Below are positions 28,736 through 38,964 of a DNA stretch of 64,000 nt, one piece after another. Every line of letters begins with the position of its first letter. Position 1 is the first letter of the stretch. This stretch comes from Faecousia sp. (lineage in GTDB: Bacteria; Bacillota; Clostridia; Oscillospirales; Oscillospiraceae), in contig JAZNDF010000121.1 in the NCBI GenBank assembly GCA_045587925.1, forward strand, positions 2,403 through 66,402. Direction: 5' to 3'. The position numbers and the translations under genes are program-made. The notes beneath the pieces are model-generated. The model ran no database searches. It saw only the letters and a program-made list of their open reading frames with translations, and was not told the DNA's origin.

Positions 28736-29935
28736 ATGAAATATATCGTTATTCTTGCCGATGGAATGGCTGACGAACCCCTGAAGGAATTCAACAATAA
28801 AACACCTATGGAGTATGCATATACGCCTGCAATGGACGCGCTTGCTTCAAAGGGCTTCGTTGGTATGGTGCAAACCGTTCCTCCGTCTATGAAGCCCGGC
28901 AGTGATGTGGCAAACCTTGCCGTGTTGGGGTATGATCCTACCAAAAATTATTCCGGACGGTCACCGCTGGAAGCATTGAGTGTGGGAGTTGGAATCAAGC
29001 CCACGGATGCGGTTATGCGTTGTAATCTGGTAACACTTTCTGAAGACGAACCCTATGCACAAAAGGTTATCATTGACCATAGCTCCGGTGAGATTTCTAC
29101 CCAGGATGCCGATGTTCTGATGGATGCTGTGCGTGAGGCGTTTAACAGCGATGAATTCCAGTTTTATACCGGCACAAGCTACCGCCATATAACTGTATGG
29201 AACAAAGGCAAGGTCCTGGATTTTGAACAGCCCCACGATCATTTGGGAGAGAAGATTGGTCCGTACCTGCCGAATGAGGCGGTATTTTATCAGATGATGG
29301 AAAAAAGCTTTGAAATACTCAACCATCATCCGTTAAATGTAAAACGCGCCGCAGCAGGGAAGAATAAAGCAAATTCACTTTGGTTCTGGGGTGCAGGCAC
29401 AAAGCCTTCTCTGGAAAACTTCTATGAGAAAAACGGATTGAAGGGTGCAATGATCTCTGCGGTTGACCTGCTTAAGGGAATTGCGGTTGGAAGCGGTATG
29501 AAGGTCGTGGAGGTAGAAGGTGCTACCGGTTCTTTGGAAACGAACTACCTTGGGAAAGCTTCTGCCGCTGTACAGGCACTGGATGAAAACGACTTTGTCT
29601 ATGTCCATATTGAAGCACCGGATGAAATGGGACATCAAGGCAGTGCGGAAAACAAGGTCAAAGCCATTGAAGAGATCGATCAGAAAGTGGTTTCGGAGAT
29701 CTGTAAGCAATTGGATGAAAAATCCGTTGCGTATCGGATGCTGATCCTTCCGGATCATCCCACTCCCATTCGCTGTCGCACCCATACCGGTGACCCGGTA
29801 CCGTTTTTGCTGTATGACAGCACCTGCTGTCAGGAAAACAGCGCTCCATTTTCCGAAAAAGGCGGTGCATCAACCGGCTGCTTTATGAAAGACGGTACAC
29901 AACTGATGAACCACTTTATACAAAAGCACGCGTAA
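28736..29935 (+). CDS. Cofactor-independent phosphoglycerate mutase, ApgM family
   Basis: DGMADEP, PGSDVANL, GRSPLEA, EAPDEMGH, PDHPTP..RTH. Confidence 0.88.
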   Translation: MKYIVILADGMADEPLKEFNNKTPMEYAYTPAMDALASKGFVGMVQTVPPSMKPGSDVANLAVLGYDPTKNYSGRSPLEALSVGVGIKPTDAVMRCNLVTLSEDEPYAQKVIIDHSSGEISTQDADVLMDAVREAFNSDEFQFYTGTSYRHITVWNKGKVLDFEQPHDHLGEKIGPYLPNEAVFYQMMEKSFEILNHHPLNVKRAAAGKNKANSLWFWGAGTKPSLENFYEKNGLKGAMISAVDLLKGIAVGSGMKVVEVEGATGSLETNYLGKASAAVQALDENDFVYVHIEAPDEMGHQGSAENKVKAIEEIDQKVVSEICKQLDEKSVAYRMLILPDHPTPIRCRTHTGDPVPFLLYDSTCCQENSAPFSEKGGASTGCFMKDGTQLMNHFIQKHA

Positions 29936-29954
29936 CTGAAAGCGAGGAATTCCT

Positions 29955-31118
29955 ATGTTTAAGATCAATTACTTAAATCCGATATCTGAGAAGGGCACAG
30001 CCCTGTGGACATCTGATTATGAAAAGACAGAAAATTTTGCCGATGCTGATGCGGTTATGGTCCGCAGTGCCCAGATGCACGAACTGGATATGCCGGAAAA
30101 TCTGATGGCAATTGCCCGTGCCGGCGCAGGTGTGAATAACATCCCCCTGGACCGTTGTGCAGAAGCAGGCGTTGTGGTTTTCAATACGCCCGGTGCCAAT
30201 GCCAACGGCGTTGTGGAGCTTGCACTTTGCGGTATGCTGCTGGGCTGCCGTGATGTGGTAGGCGGCATTAACTGGGTGCAGGGAATTAAGGACGAAGGCG
30301 ATGTTGCCAAGAAGGTGGAAAAGGGCAAGTCCAAGTTTGCCGGTATCGAACTTGCGGGCAAAAAGTTGGGCGTGATCGGTCTTGGCGCGATCGGCGGTCC
30401 GCTTGCCAACGCCGCAATTAAGCTGGGTATGGATGTTTACGGCTGTGACCCCTTTATTTCCATCAATGCCGCCTGGCACTTGGACAGCCGCATTATTCCT
30501 GTTAAGACCCGTGATGAGATATACGAAACCTGTGATATTATTACTGTCCATACACCCCTGCTGGAAGATACCAAGAAGATGATCAATGCCGATGCCTTTG
30601 CAAAAATGAAGGACGGTGTGATCCTTTTGAACTTTGCAAGAGACCTGCTTGTGGATGACGATGCATTGGAAGATGCTCTGAAATCCGGCAAGGTAAAGCG
30701 CTATATTACCGATTTCCCCAACGATAAAACAGCCGGTATGGCTGGCGTTGTGGCAATTCCCCATCTGGGCGCTTCCACAGAGGAGTCTGAGGATAACTGT
30801 GCAAGAATGGCAGTCAAGCAGGTGATGAATTACCTGGAAAACGGCAATATCGTAAACTCTGTGAATTTTCCCAACTGTGATATGGGTGTCTGCACCAAGG
30901 CTGGCAGAATTACGATCCTGCACAGAAACATCCCCAACACCTTAAGCCAGTATACATCCGCAATGGCTAAGGAAAACATTAACATTTCTGACCTGTTAAA
31001 CCGAAGTAAGGGTGAGTATGCTTATACAATGCTGGACCTGGACGGTGTTCCTTCTGAGAAAGCGATCGAAGAGCTTAAGAAAATGGATGGCGTCCTTCGG
31101 GTGCGTGTCATTCATTGA
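29955..31118 (+). CDS. serA: D-3-phosphoglycerate dehydrogenase with ACT domain
   Basis: ARAGAGVNNI, NTPGANAN, GLGAIG, NFAR, PHLGASTEE, C-terminal HRNIP ACT domain. Confidence 0.9.
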   Translation: MFKINYLNPISEKGTALWTSDYEKTENFADADAVMVRSAQMHELDMPENLMAIARAGAGVNNIPLDRCAEAGVVVFNTPGANANGVVELALCGMLLGCRDVVGGINWVQGIKDEGDVAKKVEKGKSKFAGIELAGKKLGVIGLGAIGGPLANAAIKLGMDVYGCDPFISINAAWHLDSRIIPVKTRDEIYETCDIITVHTPLLEDTKKMINADAFAKMKDGVILLNFARDLLVDDDALEDALKSGKVKRYITDFPNDKTAGMAGVVAIPHLGASTEESEDNCARMAVKQVMNYLENGNIVNSVNFPNCDMGVCTKAGRITILHRNIPNTLSQYTSAMAKENINISDLLNRSKGEYAYTMLDLDGVPSEKAIEELKKMDGVLRVRVIH

Positions 31119-31131
31119 TCTGAATAAAAAT

Positions 31132-31163
31132 CGGAGATGTCTCGGTTGAGACATCTCCTTTTT
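31132..31163. terminator. Terminator between serA and proC
   Basis: GGAGATGTCTC-GGTT-GAGACATCTCC-TTTTT. Confidence 0.8.
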
Positions 31164-31164
31164 G

Positions 31165-31959
31165 TTAGTTACCCAGTTCCTGATTTCGTTTGTATGCGGC
31201 GGAAATGCAGTCCATCACTGCACCCCGGAAGCCGTGGGCTTCCAGCGCCTGCAGGCCGGCAATGGTACTGCCGCCGGGGGAGCAGACTGCATCCTTCAGG
31301 GTGCCGGGGTGCTGGCGGGTCTCCAGCAGCATTTGCGCGGAACCGTACATCGTGATGGCGGCATACTCGATCGCCTTGTCACGGGGCAGTCCGCAGGCTA
31401 CAGCACCGTCAGCCAGAGCCTCGGCAAACATATACATATACGCCGGGCCACAGCCTGCCAATGCAGTTGCACAGTCCATAAGCCGCTCGTCTATTTTATC
31501 CAGCTTGCCGCAATGCTGCATATCAGCAACAAATCCGGAAAGCTCTTCGTCCGTTACCAACTCGTTACAGCAGTACTGGACCATACCACAGCCAACGGCA
31601 ACAGGGGTATTTGGCATAATGCGGATAATGGGAAGCCTTGCATCCAGCAGGCTTTCCAGCTTCCGGATGGTAATTCCGGCGGCCATTGAGATCAGCAAAG
31701 GCTTTTTCTCAAGAAGAACCGGTTTCAGCGCATCCAGAACGGAAGGTAAAAGCTGAGGCTTCACCGCAAGGAAAATACGGTCACATTCCTGCGCAACAGT
31801 TTCGGAATTTGCATAAATGCAATCGTATTCCTCTGCAAGCTTCTTCGCTTTGCCGCTTCTGTCTGTAATCATTATCTGGTCTGTGGTTTTGCGGAGCGCC
31901 TTCAAAATTGCACCGCCCATATTGCCACAGCCAATAAAGCCGTATTTCACTTCGTTCAC
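31165..31959 (-). CDS. proC: Pyrroline-5-carboxylate reductase
   Basis: GFIGCGNMG, LAVKP, RIMPNTP, VCSPGGSTI. Confidence 0.95.
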   Translation of the reverse strand: MNEVKYGFIGCGNMGGAILKALRKTTDQIMITDRSGKAKKLAEEYDCIYANSETVAQECDRIFLAVKPQLLPSVLDALKPVLLEKKPLLISMAAGITIRKLESLLDARLPIIRIMPNTPVAVGCGMVQYCCNELVTDEELSGFVADMQHCGKLDKIDERLMDCATALAGCGPAYMYMFAEALADGAVACGLPRDKAIEYAAITMYGSAQMLLETRQHPGTLKDAVCSPGGSTIAGLQALEAHGFRGAVMDCISAAYKRNQELGN

Positions 31960-31961
31960 TC

Positions 31962-33212
31962 CTATCTGATATGACCGTTTCCTTCGATAATGTATTTATA
32001 AGTGGTTAATTCAACCAGTCCCATCGGACCTCTGGCGTGCATTTTCTGGGTGGAGATGCCCATTTCACAGCCCAAACCAAATTCACCGCCGTCTGTAAAA
32101 CGGGTGGATGCGTTCACATATACTGCGGCGCTGTCCACGCCGGATGTAAAGTGGGAAATAGCAGTGTCATCGGAAGATATGATCGCCTCGCTGTGACCGG
32201 TGGAATGGGCGCGGATATGCACCACAGCTTCCTGCACATCCTCTACACATTTTACTGCCAGGACGTAGTCTAAGAATTCAGTGTCAAAATCCGCTTCCGT
32301 TGCGGCAGTTCCGGGAATGATAGAGTGGGAATGATCATCCAACCGTAGTTCAACCGGCGTCTGTCCCGATGCCTTGCGCGTGGTAACCAGTCTGTCATAA
32401 AGCTTGGGGAGCAGGGAGGAGGCAACAGCCTTATCCACAAGCAAAACCTCCTCCGCATTACAAACACTGGGCCGGCTGGTTTTTGCGTTTTCTATAATTC
32501 TGATCGCCATTTCCTGATCGGCGCTCTTTTCCACATATATATGGCAAATGCCGGTACCGGTGGCAATGCAGGGCACAGTTGCATTTTGCACACAGGCGTT
32601 GATCAGACCGGCACCGCCTCTGGGGATCAGCAGGTCGATATAGCCGTTGGCAGTCATCAGTGCTGTGGCGCTGGCTCTGGAAGTGTCCATAACAAGATTG
32701 ATCGCATTTTCAGTAATGCCGGCAGTTTTCAGACCGGAGCGCAGAGCATCCACAATGGCGCAGGCAGAGCGGAAGGCCTCCTTGCCGCCCCGCAGAACGC
32801 AAACATTACCGCTTTTGATCGCCAATGCCGCCGCGTCACTGGTGACATTGGGGCGGCTTTCGTAAATGATGGCGATCACACCCATCGGTACTCTGACTTT
32901 GCGGATGGTAAGACCGTCCGGGCGCACATAGCGGTCGATTTCCTTATGCACCGGATCGGGAAGCAATGCCACATCCCGAATGCCCTTTGCCATCCCTGCA
33001 ATTCGTTCCGGTGTCAGCTTAAGGCGATCGAGCATAACCGTTGAAATGCTCTCCCTCGCGGCATCCATATCCTGCGCGTTGGCAAGCAAGATCGTCTCCT
33101 GATGGGAAAGGAGCGCATCGGCCATAGCATTTAATGCGTTGTTTTTTTGTTCAGTTGTGAGGGAACAGACCTCTACAGTTGCTGCTTTGGCAGCTTTGAG
33201 CATTTCAATCAT
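31962..33212 (-). CDS. proA: Gamma-glutamyl phosphate reductase (start 33212 or 33203)
   Basis: IYESRPNVT, IPRGG, SVCNAEE, NASTRFTDGGEFG.G.E.GISTQK.HARGP. Confidence 0.96.
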   Translation of the reverse strand: MIEMLKAAKAATVEVCSLTTEQKNNALNAMADALLSHQETILLANAQDMDAARESISTVMLDRLKLTPERIAGMAKGIRDVALLPDPVHKEIDRYVRPDGLTIRKVRVPMGVIAIIYESRPNVTSDAAALAIKSGNVCVLRGGKEAFRSACAIVDALRSGLKTAGITENAINLVMDTSRASATALMTANGYIDLLIPRGGAGLINACVQNATVPCIATGTGICHIYVEKSADQEMAIRIIENAKTSRPSVCNAEEVLLVDKAVASSLLPKLYDRLVTTRKASGQTPVELRLDDHSHSIIPGTAATEADFDTEFLDYVLAVKCVEDVQEAVVHIRAHSTGHSEAIISSDDTAISHFTSGVDSAAVYVNASTRFTDGGEFGLGCEMGISTQKMHARGPMGLVELTTYKYIIEGNGHIR

Positions 33213-33975
33213 TTTCTTTCACCGTAAATGTTGTGCCAATGGTTTTGCCGTCTAAAACGGCATACAGATTGGCGGGTTTGTCTCCGTTTGTAATGATCAT
33301 ATCACAGCCACAGCTCAGGCAGATCTTTGCGGCCTGAAGCTTTGTAACCATACCGCCGGTTCCCAGCTTCCCACTGCCGCCGGCAAGGGAGAGAAGACTG
33401 TCGTCAATTACAGAGACTTTTTCGATCAGCTTCGCATTGGGGTCGGTGTGGGGGTCAGCTGTGTACAGACCTTCGATATCAGAAAGCAACACAAGCTTGT
33501 CAGCACCGATGCTTTCTGCCGCAATGGCGGCAAGGGTGTCGTTGTCACCAATGCCGATCTCGGCAGTGGATACGGTGTCGTTTTCATTGATGATAGGAAT
33601 CACGCCCAATGAAAGCAGACGATTGATCGTATTGCTGAAGTTTGTGTGCCGTTCCTCGTTCTTTACATCGTCACCGGTGATCAGAAGCTGAGCAACGATG
33701 TGGTTGTATTCCCCAAACAGCTTGTCGTATGTATACATCAGCTCGCATTGACCCACAGCGGCGGCGGCCTGTTTTGTGGGCATATCAGAGGGGCGTTCCT
33801 GAAGACCCAGCTTGCCAACACCCATACCGATGGCACCGGAGGACACCAGAATTACCTGGTGCCCGCTGTTTTTAATATCACTGATAACCTTGCACAGCTC
33901 CTCCACACGCCGGATATTTAAGTGTCCGGTGGGATAGGCAAGGGTACTGGTTCCGATCTTTACTACAATACGCAT
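33205..33975 (-). CDS. proB: Glutamate 5-kinase (no PUA domain)
   Basis: VVKIGTS, VSSGAI, AAVGQ, NENDTV, GDND, GTGGM.TK. Confidence 0.96.
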   Translation of the reverse strand: MRIVVKIGTSTLAYPTGHLNIRRVEELCKVISDIKNSGHQVILVSSGAIGMGVGKLGLQERPSDMPTKQAAAAVGQCELMYTYDKLFGEYNHIVAQLLITGDDVKNEERHTNFSNTINRLLSLGVIPIINENDTVSTAEIGIGDNDTLAAIAAESIGADKLVLLSDIEGLYTADPHTDPNAKLIEKVSVIDDSLLSLAGGSGKLGTGGMVTKLQAAKICLSCGCDMIITNGDKPANLYAVLDGKTIGTTFTVKEND

Positions 33976-34058
33976 ACAAGTGCCTCCGTTGTCGATTTCT
34001 AAATATTATAACCCATTTGCTGTCATAAATAAAGAGATAATTTCTGTTTTTGTAAGAA

Positions 34059-35033
34059 TTATCGGTTTATATAACAGATTTTGCTTTCGGTGATCAGGGG
34101 ATAAGAAATAAGCTGTGCTTGTTCCAGATCCTCTGCGTGCAGATCCACAGCGCAGATCTGACTGTTTTCGTAGGTTTTATAGTAATAAAGGCCCCGGTCT
34201 GTATTGCAGCAGCTGGAATATACGGTTTTCTCAAAGCCGTCACCGACCCGCACACAACCTTCCTGTTGCGCTACTGCGCCGAGAATGTGGAAAAATTGAT
34301 TGACACAGGATGCTTCATCGGATCTACAAACAGAATTATATTTTGTAAATACGGCACGAACGAACCGGGAAGCGGAGGACAGATCTCCCGGAAGTCCAAT
34401 GGCACCCATCCCACGGCTGAAAGGGGTTAGCTCCAGTTGGGGCGAAAAACGGTTTACAGGTTCTTCCCGTGTTAAATTCAGATAATTGCTTAAATTGTGA
34501 ATGTGAAAATCAAAGGGTGGATTGTTTGTTAAAACGCCCACTGGGTTTTCGTAGATTTTCAGTCCGCTTGCCAGCGGCTCAATGGTAACAGAGCCTGTTT
34601 TGTCAGACAGCATCCAATGCAGTGGGGACAGGGGATATTCCTTGCTGAAGGAAATATTTGCAAGATTTATTTGATCTATCAATTTTAAGGCGTCAGCAAG
34701 GGTAGCGCACTGACCCAATACCCAGGGGATAAATTCAAAGGGCGCAATGTTATCAACATCCTCATTTGCAGGCGGATATACAGCATTTCCCGGGAAATTT
34801 AATCCTGCCATAGAAAGTCCCGTTTCGTTGGTAGCATCGTAATATAAGGGATAGTTATCTGCTATGGTAGCAACGCCGATCAGGGCGTAGTGGGTATTCA
34901 GGGAGGTTGCCATACGGAAATGGAAAGGGAAGTACCGTGGGGTAATTGTAACAGCTTCCTGATAGTGGTACTCCAAGTCCAGATTTCTGCCGAAATAATG
35001 GTCCTTTGTCTGAAAGGTAATTGCAGTGCACAT
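34059..35033 (-). CDS. Choloylglycine hydrolase (bile salt hydrolase)/Ntn amidase
   Basis: N-terminal MCTA nucleophile, FGRNLD, DATNE.GL, LTNNPPF, LPGD.SS.SRF. Confidence 0.88.
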   Translation of the reverse strand: MCTAITFQTKDHYFGRNLDLEYHYQEAVTITPRYFPFHFRMATSLNTHYALIGVATIADNYPLYYDATNETGLSMAGLNFPGNAVYPPANEDVDNIAPFEFIPWVLGQCATLADALKLIDQINLANISFSKEYPLSPLHWMLSDKTGSVTIEPLASGLKIYENPVGVLTNNPPFDFHIHNLSNYLNLTREEPVNRFSPQLELTPFSRGMGAIGLPGDLSSASRFVRAVFTKYNSVCRSDEASCVNQFFHILGAVAQQEGCVRVGDGFEKTVYSSCCNTDRGLYYYKTYENSQICAVDLHAEDLEQAQLISYPLITESKICYINR

Positions 35034-35104
35034 AAATATTCTCCTTAAAGTAGCTTTTCAAGAAAGGAATTTAGTGCTATAATACCCATATAGGAGGGCT
35101 GATT

Positions 35105-35764
35105 ATGCTTACTTATAATGAGGTTATCAATAATGAGGCAATTAAGATCTATATTACCCGTGCGGATGAGTCCCTGGGTGCATTGGGATACACAAAACAC
35201 GGTTTTGACCATGTAATGCATGTGGCGCAGATGGCAGGGGATATTCTTGCGAAATTAGGCTATGACGAACGGACAGTGGAGCTTGCCAAGATCGCAGGAT
35301 ATCTTCACGATATTGGAAATCTGGTGAACAGATCGGAGCATTCCCAATCCGGTGCAGTTATGGCCTGGAGTATTCTGTATAATATGGGCTGTGATCCTGC
35401 GGAGCTTGCGACCATTGTAACGGCGATCGGCAACCACGACGAAGGCAACGGTGTGCCGGTCAATGCAGTTGCCGCGGCACTGATTTTGGCAGATAAAGCA
35501 GATGTGCGCTGGACAAGAGTGCGCAATTCAGATATCTCCACCTTTGATATCCACGACCGGGTGAATTATTCTGTGAAAAAGTCTGCACTGAATATCAATG
35601 CGGATAAGACATTTGTCACATTGGAGCTGACCGTCGATACAAAATTCGGTTCCGTAATGGACTATTTTGAAATTTTTATGGCCCGAATGCTCCTGTGCCG
35701 CAAGGCCGCAGAAAAGTTGGGCCTGCAATTCAAGCTGATCATTAATAACCAGCAACTAATTTGA
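35105..35764 (+). CDS. HD domain phosphohydrolase
   Basis: H..DH, YLHDIGN, GNHDE, LADKAD. Confidence 0.85.
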   Translation: MLTYNEVINNEAIKIYITRADESLGALGYTKHGFDHVMHVAQMAGDILAKLGYDERTVELAKIAGYLHDIGNLVNRSEHSQSGAVMAWSILYNMGCDPAELATIVTAIGNHDEGNGVPVNAVAAALILADKADVRWTRVRNSDISTFDIHDRVNYSVKKSALNINADKTFVTLELTVDTKFGSVMDYFEIFMARMLLCRKAAEKLGLQFKLIINNQQLI

Positions 35765-35778
35765 TATGAAAAAATAGC

Positions 35779-36013
35779 AAGCCACCGCCCTGCAACAACC
35801 GTAGGGCGGTGGCTTATTGCTGATGTTTGCGCGTTGATCGCTTCCTCCCGGGGGGAAGCTGTCAGCAAAGCTGACTGATGAGGAATGGCGTACAGTGCGA
35901 TTGGGCGGATGCCTACATCCGCCCGATAAATGCAGAGATGGACGATAGGTTGTTGGGACGCCGAGGTCGTCGTCCCCTACATAAGGTTTCGAAACCTTCC
36001 CGTAGGGACACCC
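35779..36013. repeat. Cluster of REP-like palindromes (GTAG-type and GCTTCCTCCCGGGGGGAAGC-type)
   Basis: Palindromes at 35779-35815, 35840-35876, 35903-35924, 35955-35980 and 35983-35998; GTAG/CTAC feet at about 35801, 35977 and 36002. Confidence 0.7.
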
Positions 36014-36026
36014 AACCTTTTGCGCT

Positions 36027-37136
36027 TTACAAGCCCAATGCTTCGTAGACCTCGTCGCGGATGGGGGCATAGAAGAAGCCCATCAGACGCGGCCAGTTTC
36101 TTATATGCTGCATAAAGGAGAAGGATAAGTGATTCTCCGGGTCGATGATCACGAATGCGCCGTTTGCGCCGTCCCAGCCAAATTCACCCAAAGGACTGCG
36201 CTGTCCCTGGCTTTTATCGATCAGTGTACGAACACCCAGGCCGTAGCCGTAGCCGGGTCCTGCATAGCACATATACTCGGTGTCGCGAACAAATGTGCCG
36301 ATCTGATTTACCCGGAGCGCGTCAATAGATGCTTCTGACAAAATGCGGTTGCCGTTGGCACCTACACCGCCGCAAGCCATTGCATCGGCAAACAGAGCAT
36401 AATCATCCAAGGTGGAAATCAGTCCACCGCCGCCGCTTTCATAGTGGCTGTTAAACAGGTAAGGGTGCGCATCTCCAATGTAAACCACCTCGCCGCTTTC
36501 CTTCAGGCAATGGTACTGAGAGGCTATAGGAGAGACACTCCGATCAAAGCCGGTATGCTTCATTCCCAAAGGATCGAAGATGTTTTCTTTCAGGTATTTA
36601 CCGAAGGGAACACCGGACGCAACCTCCATAACCGCGGCCAGCACATCCAGGCAAATGCTGTACTTATAGCGGTCGCCGGGATGGAACAGCAGGGGCTTGC
36701 GGCACATTTGGGCTGCCATTTGACGGGTGTTGACCGTTTCACGGTCCCCGGTGAAATCTTCGCCGATATTATAGTTGAGACCGGCGCTCATAGTCATCAG
36801 ATGGTGAATCGTAATCGGTTCGTGGGGTGGTACAAGGGTGCCGTTTTCGTTTACCATTACATCGGCGTATTCCGGAAGATATTTGGAAACGGGATCATCC
36901 AGCTTGAAATAACCCTTTTCCATCATCTGCATTGCGGCGGTGACAGTGATTGGCTTTGTACAGGAGAAGATGTAGAAATATTCTTCGCCTGTCATAGGCT
37001 CACGGGTGTCCCGATCCCGAACACCGCAAATATAGCGATAAATTTCTTCGTGGTCCTTCCGAATGGAAATGGAGCAGCCAGGAACGCCCAGCTCCAGCAG
37101 TGCGTCCATTCGCTTTTGCACACAGGATAGATCCAT
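36027..37136 (-). CDS. Serine hydrolase, beta-lactamase family
   Basis: FSCTK (SxxK), LMTMSAGL, PLLFHPG..Y.YS, IFDPLGM..T, GGGGL.ST..DY, FGWDGA.G. Confidence 0.88.
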   Translation of the reverse strand: MDLSCVQKRMDALLELGVPGCSISIRKDHEEIYRYICGVRDRDTREPMTGEEYFYIFSCTKPITVTAAMQMMEKGYFKLDDPVSKYLPEYADVMVNENGTLVPPHEPITIHHLMTMSAGLNYNIGEDFTGDRETVNTRQMAAQMCRKPLLFHPGDRYKYSICLDVLAAVMEVASGVPFGKYLKENIFDPLGMKHTGFDRSVSPIASQYHCLKESGEVVYIGDAHPYLFNSHYESGGGGLISTLDDYALFADAMACGGVGANGNRILSEASIDALRVNQIGTFVRDTEYMCYAGPGYGYGLGVRTLIDKSQGQRSPLGEFGWDGANGAFVIIDPENHLSFSFMQHIRNWPRLMGFFYAPIRDEVYEALGL

Positions 37137-37155
37137 TATTTTACCTCCAATGATA

Positions 37156-38964
37156 TTATGTGATTGCATCAAACTGGGATTGATACAGCTTTCGATAAAA
37201 ACCGTTTGCTGACATAAGTGTATCGTGATCTCCTTGCTCAACGATGCGACCGTCCCGCATCACAAGGATATTATCTGCTGACCGGATGGTGGACAGACGG
37301 TGGGCAATGACAAAGCAGGTTTTGCCATTCATAAGCTTTCGCATTGCATCCTGAATTCGCTGCTCTGTTCTGGTGTCCACATTGGAAGTCGCCTCGTCCA
37401 GAATCAGCATTTGTGCGTCCAGAAGCATAGCTCTGGCGATGGTCAGAAGCTGTTTTTGACCCTTTGAAATGGATGTGCCGTTGTCTGTCAGAACTGTGTC
37501 GTAGCCCTCCGGCAGACGGGATATGTAACCGTGGATATGCGCCGCTTTGCAGACGCGGATCACATCCTCCAATGTGGCATCCGGCTTGCCGTAGGCGATG
37601 TTCTCATAGATCGTTCCGTGGAACAGCCAGGTGTCCTGCAGGACCATTGTATAAGCCTTCCGCAGACTGTCCCGCGTAACGGTACGGATGTCTTTTCCGT
37701 CGATCAGCACGGCACCCTTGTCCACATCGTAAAAACGCATCAGCAGATTGATGATGGTCGTTTTGCCTGCACCTGTGGGGCCTACAATGGCTGTCAGAGA
37801 GCCGGGAGGTGCGTGCAGTGAGAAATCATTGATGATTTGCTTTCCGGGCACATAAGAGAAGTCGATGCCTTGCAGCTGAACATCACCGGATACATTGTCA
37901 AGCACTTCGGCATCCGGCGCATCTGCCTTCTCAGGCTCTGCGTCGATCAGGAAGAATACTCGCTCCGATGCGGCAAATGCACTCTGCAGCTCGGAAATGA
38001 TATTTGAAAATTCATTGATGGGACCGGCAAATTTTCTGGAGTATTGTACGAAGCTGGACAGGTCGCCCAGACCGATTTCGCCCCGGAGCATCAGCAAAGA
38101 GCCGAAAACGCATACAAATGCCAGGGAGATATTGTTGATAACATTGTTTACCGGACCGGTGATGGAACCGTTTGCCTCGGCTTTGATGTAAGCATCAACA
38201 GCCTCCTGATTTTTCTGATCAAAGCCGTCCTGAACAACATCCTCCCGCCCGTAAGCACGGATCGTCTTCTGACCGGAGAGCATTTCCTCCACAAAGCCGT
38301 TCAGCTTGCCCAGCTTCGCACTTCGGTTGCGAAACAGCGGGCGGACAAGTCCGGTGATCCACTTGGTTACAAAGAAGGTGACAGGCACCATTACCAGGAA
38401 GATCAGCACAAGCTTTGGGGCGATGGACAGCATCATAAACATTGAAACAACGATCGTTACGATGCTGTTGAGGATTTGGATCAGATCTGTTGACAGTGAC
38501 TGATTGACGGTGTCAACATCGTAAGTGATAATACTGATCAGCTCGCCGGTTTGATAGCTGTCAAAAAAGCTTACAGGCAGACGGCTCATATTCTCGAATA
38601 TGTCGTGCCTGATTTGCTTGGAGACTCTGCGGGACAGGCGTATCATAACAAAATTCAGGAAATAGGTCAATCCGGCAGAGAGGATATAGCATATTGCCAT
38701 CAGCACGACACAGCGGATAACAGTATCCAGATCCACTGAGCCGCTTTTGATGTTGATTGCATTGATCGCAATGCCGGAAAGCTTGGGGCCGTAAAGACCT
38801 AAAACACTGGAAGCGGTGGAAAGAAGGATCGCAACGATGATTAGAAGCCGCTGGCGTCCCATATATTTCCAAAGTCGCTTCAGAAGTACGCGGCGGGGCA
38901 GGTGTGTGGTGCGGTCACGCATATTAACAGGGTGCCGTTCACCGATCATATTGGGATTTTTCAT
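37156..38964 (-). CDS. ABC exporter, fused permease/ATPase
   Basis: TM domain, GPTGAGKTT, ISKGQKQ, LDEATS. Confidence 0.93.
   Translation of the reverse strand: MKNPNMIGERHPVNMRDRTTHLPRRVLLKRLWKYMGRQRLLIIVAILLSTASSVLGLYGPKLSGIAINAINIKSGSVDLDTVIRCVVLMAICYILSAGLTYFLNFVMIRLSRRVSKQIRHDIFENMSRLPVSFFDSYQTGELISIITYDVDTVNQSLSTDLIQILNSIVTIVVSMFMMLSIAPKLVLIFLVMVPVTFFVTKWITGLVRPLFRNRSAKLGKLNGFVEEMLSGQKTIRAYGREDVVQDGFDQKNQEAVDAYIKAEANGSITGPVNNVINNISLAFVCVFGSLLMLRGEIGLGDLSSFVQYSRKFAGPINEFSNIISELQSAFAASERVFFLIDAEPEKADAPDAEVLDNVSGDVQLQGIDFSYVPGKQIINDFSLHAPPGSLTAIVGPTGAGKTTIINLLMRFYDVDKGAVLIDGKDIRTVTRDSLRKAYTMVLQDTWLFHGTIYENIAYGKPDATLEDVIRVCKAAHIHGYISRLPEGYDTVLTDNGTSISKGQKQLLTIARAMLLDAQMLILDEATSNVDTRTEQRIQDAMRKLMNGKTCFVIAHRLSTIRSADNILVMRDGRIVEQGDHDTLMSANGFYRKLYQSQFDAIT

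Noticed and set aside
35756-36070. 104-aa ORF across the REP cluster
   Set aside because: Translation of palindromic repeats; no coding signals
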